Source of the DNA: Armatimonadota bacterium
GTDB taxonomy: Bacteria > Armatimonadota > DTGP01 > JAKQQT01
NCBI GenBank assembly: GCA_029564025.1
Contig: JAKQQT010000507.1
Span: 1 to 42,029, forward strand
Length of the DNA: 42,029 bases
Direction of reading: 5' to 3'
Position 1 is the stretch's first letter. Every line of letters starts with the position of its first letter. Shown piece after piece: positions 34,433 through 42,029 of this stretch. The notes beneath the pieces were generated by a model, which was not told where the DNA came from, did no database searches, and saw only the letters and a program-made list of their open reading frames with translations. The position numbers and the translations under genes are program-made.

Positions 34433-37237
34433 TCAGAGCGTGCCGGTTTCGCGAATCAGATCCACGCGCCGGCGGGTCCACTTTTCGAACTCCACAGCCC
34501 AGAAGACGATGCTTCCCGCGCCGAGGCTGACGAGCAACTGAATGCCGGTCAGCGCGTGTGTGTGGAAGATCGACTGCAGAGGCGGAAGGTAGAGGATGGC
34601 CATATGCATCACGAAAATGGTCATCGCCGCCGTCAGCAGGGGTCGGTTGGTAGCCAGGCCGATGCGGAATAGCGATTGCGTTTCGGACCGGGCGTTCAGC
34701 GCGTAGCTCATCTCGGCAGAGGTGAGCGCCGTGAAGATCATGGCGCTCCATGGTCCCGCGTGTCCGCCTTGGGTCTGGTATCCCCACACGCCCACGCACA
34801 TCGCCAGAATGCCCACCAGGAAGCCCATGACGACCATCTGGTAACCGAGTCCCTGGCTGAACGGCCCTTCGTTCTGGGGGCGCGGCCCGGAGCGCATCAC
34901 GTTCTTGTCGGCGGGTTCCAGACCGAGCGCCAGGCCGGGGATGCCGCCGGTGATGAGGTTTATCCAGAGCAGTTGCAGAACCGTAAGCGGGACGGGCATA
35001 CCAAACGCTTGCGTCAGCAGGATGCACGCCACTTGTCCGACGGTGCTGGCGATGATGTATCCGATATACCGCCGGGCGTTCCGGCAGACGGTACGGCCGA
35101 TTTCCATCGCGCGGACGAGCGTGGAGAAGTTGTCGTCCATGATCACGATGTCGGCGGAATCCTGCGCGATGTCGGTTCCGGAGACGCCCATCGCGGCGCC
35201 GATGTCCGCCTTCTGAAGCGCCGGGGCGTCATCGACGTGATGCCCGGTGATTGAAACGTTGGCGCCGCTTTTCTGGAAGGCCGTTACCAGCGCCAGGCGC
35301 TGTTCGGGTGTGATGCGCGAGAAAGCGGAAACGTCTTGAAGAACGGACGGAAGGTCTTCGTCCGGAATTTGTGCCAGTTCGGCGCCTGTCAGTACTTTGT
35401 TGTTAAACGAAATGTGCAGAGCCCGGGCGATTCTGCCGGCTGTCGGGCCGTCATCGCCGGACAGCATCACGGGCCGGATACCGGCGGACAGGCAACTCCA
35501 GATGGCCAGCCTCACGCCTTCGCGCGGCGGATGGTTCATCCCGGCCATGCCGATAAACACCAACCCGGTTTCCAGCGGCTCCACGGCGCCGTCCGGGGCT
35601 TTCTCGAGGGGACGGCACGCGATTCCGAGCACGTAAAGGCCTTCCTCAACGAGGCCGGCTTGCTTGTCGCCCAGTTCGCGGCGCAATTCGCCGGTCAGGG
35701 GGACAATCTGGTCGCCGCGCCACACGCGGTTGCACACCGAAAGCACGCTGTCGAACGAGCCTTTCGTCACAAGGAAGAATGGCGATGAGTCGCCACGGAA
35801 CAGCCAGGCAAGGGGAACATTCTGGCAGTCGCACCGCAGTTGGTGGACGGTGCTGACCCTTTTTCGTGCCGCGCTGAAGGGGGCTTCGGCGACGACCGGA
35901 TAGGCTTCATCGAGGCTTGCCTCCGGGATATCGTGCTCCGTCGCGGCCCTCACAAACGCTTCATCGACGGCCTGGGGGGCTTTTTTTCCGTTGGATTCGG
36001 CTTTGCCGCCGGGCACACAGCGGTCTTCGCGGCACATCGCCGCCAGTGCGAGCAGGATCTTCGTGGCAGGATGCGTGCGCTGTCGTCTGTGGTTCCGGGC
36101 GGTGGTGTCATGCTGATCGAGCGCGCTCTGGCCGACCAGTTCCGTGTTGTACCCGGCAATGCTGACAACGCGAACCGTCTGGTGCTCCTCGACCAGAGTG
36201 CCGGCTTTGTCCGCGCAGATAACGTTCACCGAAGCAACGTTTTCCACGCTGGACAGGCGTCGCACCAGGATGTTGTTCTCCAGCATCGTCTGCGCGCCCT
36301 GCGCCAGGGCAATCGTCATCACGCCTGGCAGGCCGATGGGGCATGCCGCCACGACCACGACAACGGCGGCGGCGATCATCTCCTCGGTGGTTTTGCCGTA
36401 CACCGCGCCTGCAGTAACAACCAGGGCCACGTCCACCATGATGGCGGCAAGAAGGACGTCGCACACCAGAGCCACTCTTTTCTGGAGGGGAGTCAGTTCG
36501 GCTCGAATCTTCGATGCGACCGGTGTCTGGACGGGCGTGTCCGCCTGCGCGTTGGCGGCCAGCACAACAGCGGCGCCGGTGCCGTGGATCACCGTGGAGC
36601 CGCGCCACAGCATGTTGTCAATCGGAGAATGACTACCGCCTTGATCGTTTCGCTTGTTGATTCGCACCGTCTCGCCTTCGGGAGTGATCTCCTGGATGCG
36701 AAGGTTACTGCTTTCTATCAGCCGCGCGTCGGCGGGAATCAGGGAACCGGCTTCCAGCAGAATCACGTCGCCGGGTTTCACTTCGTGGGCGCGAATGAGG
36801 TGTTCGGAGCCGTCGCGGTCCCGGACGCGCACCGAGGGCACGGCAATACGGCGTAATCTGGTGATGGTTCTGTCGGCGCGCGTCTCCTCGATGAAACCTA
36901 GCCCCGAGTTGATGATGATAATCAGCAGGATGGCGCTGACGTTCCGCCAGTCGGAATAGAGAAGGCTGATGGCGGCGACAGACATCAGCACCAGCATCAG
37001 CGGCGCCGAAAGCTGTTGCCAGATGATGCCGGCCGGGGTGCGCGCGGTGTCGGTTGAAAGCGCCTGCGCGGACTCGCGCCCGCGACCGTCCGTGAAATCC
37101 TCTCGCAAGGCGCGGCGCCGGGCTCGCCGTCCCGAAACCGTAGTCGGCGGAGCGGTCGGCCAGGGAGCGTCGTTGATGTACAGCGGCTGGTCGGTACGTT
37201 TCAAATGAGGCAGTTCCCCGTGCGTGGTAAAGGTCAA
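34433..37237 (-). CDS. P-type ATPase of the P2A (Ca2+-pump) scaffold with degenerate catalytic and ion-binding motifs
   Basis: PGDVILLEAGSLIPADARL, ICADKAGTL, PFSAARKR, PEQR, DAPALQKADIGAAMGVSGTDIA, DDNFSTLV, QLLWINL. Uninterrupted 934-aa ORF with a ten-TM pattern. Start uncertain. Confidence 0.88.
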   Translation of the reverse strand: MTFTTHGELPHLKRTDQPLYINDAPWPTAPPTTVSGRRARRRALREDFTDGRGRESAQALSTDTARTPAGIIWQQLSAPLMLVLMSVAAISLLYSDWRNVSAILLIIIINSGLGFIEETRADRTITRLRRIAVPSVRVRDRDGSEHLIRAHEVKPGDVILLEAGSLIPADARLIESSNLRIQEITPEGETVRINKRNDQGGSHSPIDNMLWRGSTVIHGTGAAVVLAANAQADTPVQTPVASKIRAELTPLQKRVALVCDVLLAAIMVDVALVVTAGAVYGKTTEEMIAAAVVVVVAACPIGLPGVMTIALAQGAQTMLENNILVRRLSSVENVASVNVICADKAGTLVEEHQTVRVVSIAGYNTELVGQSALDQHDTTARNHRRQRTHPATKILLALAAMCREDRCVPGGKAESNGKKAPQAVDEAFVRAATEHDIPEASLDEAYPVVAEAPFSAARKRVSTVHQLRCDCQNVPLAWLFRGDSSPFFLVTKGSFDSVLSVCNRVWRGDQIVPLTGELRRELGDKQAGLVEEGLYVLGIACRPLEKAPDGAVEPLETGLVFIGMAGMNHPPREGVRLAIWSCLSAGIRPVMLSGDDGPTAGRIARALHISFNNKVLTGAELAQIPDEDLPSVLQDVSAFSRITPEQRLALVTAFQKSGANVSITGHHVDDAPALQKADIGAAMGVSGTDIAQDSADIVIMDDNFSTLVRAMEIGRTVCRNARRYIGYIIASTVGQVACILLTQAFGMPVPLTVLQLLWINLITGGIPGLALGLEPADKNVMRSGPRPQNEGPFSQGLGYQMVVMGFLVGILAMCVGVWGYQTQGGHAGPWSAMIFTALTSAEMSYALNARSETQSLFRIGLATNRPLLTAAMTIFVMHMAILYLPPLQSIFHTHALTGIQLLVSLGAGSIVFWAVEFEKWTRRRVDLIRETGTL

Positions 37238-37381
37238 ATTCCATTCTACGCGACACGGGGCGCAAATAGGCCCTCTATCTTTTCAGGGAACCGGCAAATA
37301 CTACAATAAATGGATTCCGCCGTCCGGCGCCGGATGTCTGTCGGGCCGACGGTTTCGCGTGCATTACCACAGGAGACGGCC

Positions 37382-38122
37382 ATGACCGTGCCGACACTGC
37401 CCGAACAACACGCCATCGCGACGCATTTTCCGATTGCCATGCTGTTGACCGGAATCGTGTTCGATATGCTTGCGTCTATTGTGCGAAAACCGGTATGGCG
37501 CGCCGTGGGATTCTGGATGATGCTGGTGGGTGCCGTGATGACGATTCCCTCGGTGGTCACCGGGTGGATGACATTCTCGGATATGTACTCGAATTCGATC
37601 CCACCGGTTGTTGCGGTTCAGCACCGCTTGTTGGCTATTGTAACAACGGTCCTGGCCCTGATACTGGTCGTGCTTCGCATCGCCGATCGCGACAAGGCGA
37701 CCGGTTGGACGAGGGCGCTTCATGTGCTGGCCGGGATTGTCGCGGCTCTGGCCGTGGGCGCCACCGGGCACCTGGGAGGGCAACTGGTATTCAGGGGAGG
37801 GGCGAACGAGGTTTCGCCGGGCGCTCCTCACGCGGCCGCCCAGGCGGAGTTTACACCGCCTCCGGCCCTGGTGACGGAAGGCGAGAACCTGTTCTGGAGC
37901 GACGCCATTGGTTGCCGCGACTGCCACCGTGTCGGTGAAAGGGGTGGATTGACCGGACCGAATCTGACCTCAATCGGCACCTCGAAACCCGATGTGATGT
38001 GGCACGTGAGGCATCTTGAGGACCCCGCGGCCGTGGTGCCCGGATCCATGATGCCCAAAAACGAGAAACTGACACCTCTTCAGCGCGAGGCCCTGGCTAT
38101 GTACCTGGTTTCCCTGCGCTAG
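37382..38122 (+). CDS. DUF2231-like four-TM membrane domain fused to a monoheme cytochrome c
   Basis: ATG 37382 after AGGAG. HAIATHFPIA, VVTGW, QHR and TGHLGGQLVF, then CRDCH, GPNL and HLEDPAAVVPGSMMP. Confidence 0.85.
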   Translation: MTVPTLPEQHAIATHFPIAMLLTGIVFDMLASIVRKPVWRAVGFWMMLVGAVMTIPSVVTGWMTFSDMYSNSIPPVVAVQHRLLAIVTTVLALILVVLRIADRDKATGWTRALHVLAGIVAALAVGATGHLGGQLVFRGGANEVSPGAPHAAAQAEFTPPPALVTEGENLFWSDAIGCRDCHRVGERGGLTGPNLTSIGTSKPDVMWHVRHLEDPAAVVPGSMMPKNEKLTPLQREALAMYLVSLR

Positions 38123-38187
38123 GATCCGGCGTGACGGCCCCCGGCCCGCGCCAAAGGTGACCGGTCGCGACAAGCGGCCCGGACCTG

Positions 38188-39921
38188 ATGATGGCAAACA
38201 TGCTCATTACAGCGCGGGAAGGGCGTCTCTGGGCGCGCTTCGGTTGGAGGGACGCGGCAATCTTCGTCGCGTTCTTCGCCGCTTTGCTGGCGTTCATGCA
38301 CACGCTCCAGTTGATGACCTCCGCGCTCGATCCGCCGGCGTTCAGCATCCGACTGTCCCCTTCAGCGTTGCCCGCATATGCCTGGCGTTCCGTGGTGCGC
38401 ATGTTTCTTGCCTACGGCATCAGCCTGGCCTTCGCCCTCACCATGGGCAGAATCGCGGCGTACAACCGGCGAGCGGAACAGGTGCTGATTCCCACACTCG
38501 ATATCCTGCAGTCCATCCCGGTGCTCGGTTTCGTATCGGTAACTGTCACCGGATTCATGACGCTGTTCCCCGGATCGGTGCTCGGCCTGGAGTGCGTCAG
38601 CATCGTGGCGATTTTCTCCAGCATGGCCTGGAACATCGCGTTCAGTTTCTACCAGTCGCTGAAAACGATACCGCGCGAACTGCACGAAGCCGCCGTCAAC
38701 TTCCGGCTGACGCCATCGCAGAGGTTCATCAAGCTGGAAGTTCCGTTCGCGATGACCGGCCTCGTATGGAACAGCATGGTCAGTTTTGGAAGCGGCTGGT
38801 TCTTCCTGGCGGCCTCGGAAGCCATCACGGTGCTGAACCATAACTACCAGTTGCCGGGGCTGGGATCGTACATGGCGGAAGCGGTGCACCAGAAGGATAT
38901 TGCCGCCATAGTATGGGCGATCGCGGCGATTGTCGCCGTGGTTGTTCTGGTGGACCAGTTGTTCTGGCGGCCGGTGGTGGCGTGGGCGCAGAAATACCGT
39001 ATCGAGGGACGCGACGACGACCAACCCACCAGCGTGATACTGGACATTCTGCGCAATTCCCAGTTGCAGGCGTGGTTTACCGACCGCGTTCTGGCTCCGA
39101 CCGGCGGCTGGATCCAGCGCATTATCGGACGGATGGAGGCGCGTGAGGCGCGGCGCCCCGGCCATTCGAGGTTTTTTTCCTTGCTTCGGTGGATCATTGC
39201 GATTCCCCTGGTGATTATCGGGGCGTCGCTGGTTCTGCGCGGGGTCAGCCTGGCCGTGTTTTCGTGGACCCTGCCGATGATCGGCCACACGGCGTGGCTG
39301 GGCTTGCTGACGCTGTTGCGCGTAACGGCGGTGGTGATCCTGGCGACGATCATCTGGGTTCCGATCGGCGTGCGTATCGGTTTTTCTCCGAAACTGGCCA
39401 AAATAGCCCAGCCTCTTGTTCAGATCGGCGCGGCCTTTCCGGCCAACGTGATCTTTCCGTTGATTACGTTCGCATTCGTGGCGACCGGAGTGCCTTTGTC
39501 ATGGGGAAGCATCCTCCTGCTGATGGTCGGCACGCAGTGGTACGTGCTGTTTAACGTCATTGCCGGCGCGTTGCAGGTGCCGGCGGATTTGCGGGAAGCC
39601 GCTCAGGTTTTCGGTTTGCGGGGCTGGAACCGGTGGCGCCGGCTGGTTCTGCCGGCTATTTTCCCCTCCTGGGTTACGGGCGCGCTGACCGCCGCGGGCG
39701 GCGCCTGGAACGCCAGTATCGTCGCGGAAGTCGCTGTTTGGGGTGACACAACCCTCACGGCGCCCGGACTGGGAGCGCTGATTACCGAGACGACACAGAA
39801 GGGCGACTGGCCGGGCATCATCCTCAGCATCGCCATGATGTGCGCTTACGTGGTGTTGCTTAACCGGTTTGTGTGGCAGAAACTGTATGAAATCGCCGAA
39901 GAACGATTCCGAATGACTTAG
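38188..39921 (+). CDS. ABC transporter permease, NitT/TauT family, with two fused TM domains
   Basis: LDILQSIPVLGF; two EAA motifs (IPRELHEAA and VPADLREAA); GGAWNASIVAE. Confidence 0.9.
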   Translation: MMANMLITAREGRLWARFGWRDAAIFVAFFAALLAFMHTLQLMTSALDPPAFSIRLSPSALPAYAWRSVVRMFLAYGISLAFALTMGRIAAYNRRAEQVLIPTLDILQSIPVLGFVSVTVTGFMTLFPGSVLGLECVSIVAIFSSMAWNIAFSFYQSLKTIPRELHEAAVNFRLTPSQRFIKLEVPFAMTGLVWNSMVSFGSGWFFLAASEAITVLNHNYQLPGLGSYMAEAVHQKDIAAIVWAIAAIVAVVVLVDQLFWRPVVAWAQKYRIEGRDDDQPTSVILDILRNSQLQAWFTDRVLAPTGGWIQRIIGRMEAREARRPGHSRFFSLLRWIIAIPLVIIGASLVLRGVSLAVFSWTLPMIGHTAWLGLLTLLRVTAVVILATIIWVPIGVRIGFSPKLAKIAQPLVQIGAAFPANVIFPLITFAFVATGVPLSWGSILLLMVGTQWYVLFNVIAGALQVPADLREAAQVFGLRGWNRWRRLVLPAIFPSWVTGALTAAGGAWNASIVAEVAVWGDTTLTAPGLGALITETTQKGDWPGIILSIAMMCAYVVLLNRFVWQKLYEIAEERFRMT

Positions 39922-39934
39922 ATCAGGTGACACC

Positions 39935-41326
39935 GTGAAACAGACGACCAAAACCAATAACCCGGACCTGCGTGGCACCGTGTTGCTTTCCGCCGACAAC
40001 ATCTCGAAGTTCTACGGCGAGGGACGGCGCAGGATTCAAGTCCTTCGCGATATCTGCCTGGATATCCGCGAAGGCGAGATTGTGGTGGTGCTGGGACCGT
40101 CCGGCGCCGGCAAGTCCACGCTGTTGCGCATCCTCTCCGGCCTGTCGAAACCGTCCGGCGGACGCGTCCTTTTCCGTGGAGAACCGCACGAAGGACCCAA
40201 CGCTTCCATCGCCATCGTGTTCCAGACGTTTGCGCTATTCCCTTGGCTGACGGTGTACGAAAACGTGGAAGTCGGCGTTCTGAACTCCGACCTGTCGGAA
40301 ACACAGCGCCGGAGAAGCATCCTGAAGGCGATCGACACCATCGGTCTGGACGGTTTCGAGGACGCGTATCCGAAGGAACTGTCGGGCGGTATGCGCCAAC
40401 GCGTGGGTTTTGCCCGGGCGTTGGTGGTGGAACCGGAAATCCTGTTTATGGACGAGCCGTTTTCCACGCTGGACGTGCTGACCGCCGAAAACCTCAAAAA
40501 GGAGCTTCTCTCGCTGTGGGCGGAACGCAAAATCCCGACGAAGGCCGTGGTGCTGGTGACGCACAACATAGACGAAGCCGTGACCATGGGCGACCGATTG
40601 GTGGTGATGGGCACCGATCCGGGCAATATACGCGTGGACATGCCGGGACTGCCGCTGGAGGAACGCGCCAAAGACCATCCGGAACATATCCGCATGGTCG
40701 ACTACCTGTACGGTGTGATGACGAATCCTTCCGAGGTGGTTGCGCCGTTCGGTCCGGAAACTCCGGTCGCCATGCCGGAAGCGCCGGCCCTGCGGCCTTT
40801 CCAGGTTCTTCCGCACGTGGAAGTCGGCCAGATCACCGGACTGGTGGAACGATTGCATTCGGCCAACGACCGGGAAGACATCTACGTGGTCGGCCGGGAT
40901 CTGAACATGGAAGTCGACGACCTGTTGCCGCTGGTTCAGGCGCTTGACCTGCTGGGACTGGGCGACGTGGAGGAGGGTGACGTATTCCTGACACCGGTGG
41001 GCGTGCGGTTTGCCGACGCCGGCCTTCAGGAGCGCAAGGAGATATTCCGCGATCAGGCCCGCGAGAACGTGCAGTTGATCCGCGCAATCCTGCACGGCAT
41101 TGAATCCGATATCGCCAACCGGATCCGGTGGGACGACGTGCTGGAAGACATGGAGCGTCAGTTCACCACGGAGGAAGCCGAACGCCAGTTGGACACTGCC
41201 ATCGATTGGGGACGCTACGCCGAGTTGTTCGCCTACGACGACAGCGACGGTGTGTTCTCACGGGAGTCCGAGGAATACTCGGCCCCGCCCGAGGGCGAGG
41301 AAGGCGAATCCGAAGCAGAGGAATAG
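39935..41326 (+). CDS. ABC transporter ATP-binding protein, NitT/TauT family, with C-terminal AAA-associated domain
   Basis: GPSGAGKST, LSGGMRQRVGFARAL, MDEPFS, VTH; C-terminal DDLLP...AIDWGRYAELFAYD extension. Confidence 0.92.
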   Translation: MKQTTKTNNPDLRGTVLLSADNISKFYGEGRRRIQVLRDICLDIREGEIVVVLGPSGAGKSTLLRILSGLSKPSGGRVLFRGEPHEGPNASIAIVFQTFALFPWLTVYENVEVGVLNSDLSETQRRRSILKAIDTIGLDGFEDAYPKELSGGMRQRVGFARALVVEPEILFMDEPFSTLDVLTAENLKKELLSLWAERKIPTKAVVLVTHNIDEAVTMGDRLVVMGTDPGNIRVDMPGLPLEERAKDHPEHIRMVDYLYGVMTNPSEVVAPFGPETPVAMPEAPALRPFQVLPHVEVGQITGLVERLHSANDREDIYVVGRDLNMEVDDLLPLVQALDLLGLGDVEEGDVFLTPVGVRFADAGLQERKEIFRDQARENVQLIRAILHGIESDIANRIRWDDVLEDMERQFTTEEAERQLDTAIDWGRYAELFAYDDSDGVFSRESEEYSAPPEGEEGESEAEE

Positions 41327-41336
41327 TGGCTGGCAG

Positions 41337-41382
41337 ACGGCAGTCCGAAGCCGGCGGAGGGATGCCAGTCTCAGACCGCCGT
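41337..41382. terminator. Imperfect hairpin between convergent genes (possible terminator or REP)
   Basis: ACGGCAGTCCGA...TCAGACCGCCGT arms (10/12 complementary); no U-tract. Confidence 0.3.
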
Positions 41383-41387
41383 AATGC

Positions 41388-41753
41388 TCAGTCGCCTTGT
41401 GCCGGCGGAGGCGGGGGAGGTTCCTGAGCGCGCAACGGAACCTCGTTGCCGTTGATATAGCCGAGTTTGCGGGCCTGCGAACGGACGCCCTCGTCGGTTT
41501 GCAGATACTGAATGCGGCGCCGCAGGGCCGCATTCTCCTGCAGGTAGCGCGCTTTTTCGGCGCGTGAGGCCGCCAGGTTCGCTTCCAGATCCTTCTTCAG
41601 GCCCACCGGTTGCCATATCTTTTCGGCAAAGGCCACGAGGATCACGGCGACGATTGCCCACAGACAAAGCTTCGCCAGCGTTCCCACCGCATTTTCCCAG
41701 AAACCGGGCTTCTTGCGAGTGCGGCGGCGGTTCGTGGCGACAGGCTCACTCAT
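41388..41753 (-). CDS. Septum formation initiator family protein (FtsB/DivIC-like)
   Basis: Basic N-terminus, one TM helix, coiled coil (YLQENAALRRRIQYLQT) and ARKLGYINGNE. ATG 41753 lies 7 nt after GGAGG. Confidence 0.8.
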   Translation of the reverse strand: MSEPVATNRRRTRKKPGFWENAVGTLAKLCLWAIVAVILVAFAEKIWQPVGLKKDLEANLAASRAEKARYLQENAALRRRIQYLQTDEGVRSQARKLGYINGNEVPLRAQEPPPPPPAQGD

Positions 41754-41755
41754 CT

Positions 41756-42029
41756 TCATCCCTCCTTGAAGGTCGCGACGCGGATCAGGTTGGTGTTTCC
41801 GGACTGGCCTGCCGGGAATCCGGCGGTCAGAACCACGGTATCGCCGGGCTTGACGAGGCCCGAGTGCCGGGCGGCGCGAAAACTGTTTCTCAGGGTATCG
41901 TCCACGGTTTCGGATTGAGGCGCCATCAAAGGTGTCACGCCCCAACTGAGGGCGAGACGCCGGTAGGTCTCCGGATTGGCTGTTATACCAAGTATCGGCG
42001 ATTTGGGCCGATATCGAGCCACCATCCGG
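41756..42029 (-). CDS. pyk: Pyruvate kinase, C-terminal part (truncated by the window edge)
   Basis: VARYRP, RRLALSWGV.P, GLVKPGDTVVLTAGFP...GNTNLIRV. Confidence 0.93.
   Translation of the reverse strand, partial: RMVARYRPKSPILGITANPETYRRLALSWGVTPLMAPQSETVDDTLRNSFRAARHSGLVKPGDTVVLTAGFPAGQSGNTNLIRVATFKEG

Noticed and set aside
34433-37237. Calling the P-type ATPase a pseudogene
   Set aside because: There is no frameshift or internal stop over 934 codons, so it is kept as a CDS and flagged as a possible pseudoenzyme.

Overview
GC-rich bacterial chromosomal window, densely coding, with no transposase, integrase, CRISPR array or rRNA visible. The style of the dockerin-like tails suggests Armatimonadota, but that is an inference. 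From left to right: the end of a hexitol-phosphate dehydrogenase operon (SrlD-like SDR, an oversized SorE-like Zn-dehydrogenase, MtlD); a minus-strand run (GH78 rhamnosidase, MntP, ECF sigma with a ZAS/TPR anti-sigma, Gfo/Idh/MocA, GNAT, RidA); and a secreted AlkP/NPP-family enzyme. Next is a ~14 kb block of four secreted proteins that all carry dockerin-like segments (a 2075-aa beta-helix giant, two NHL-propeller paralogs and a 1077-aa multidomain protein), interrupted by tRNA-Ala(GGC) and a nucleotide-sugar epimerase. Then come an unassigned six-hairpin glycosidase-like gene with an APH-like kinase, a TIGR01777 epimerase, a sugar ABC operon with patatin, a full-length but motif-degenerate P2A-type ATPase, a DUF2231-cytochrome c fusion, an ABC pair without binding protein, an FtsB/DivIC-like gene and the 3' end of pyk. 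The top leads are (1) a non-cellulosomal dockerin-tagged surface system in which two coupled paralogs each carry only one half of a dockerin, and (2) a P-type 'pseudo-pump' lacking its Ca2+ ligands and most catalytic motifs. All family calls come from motif recognition by eye; no searches were run.
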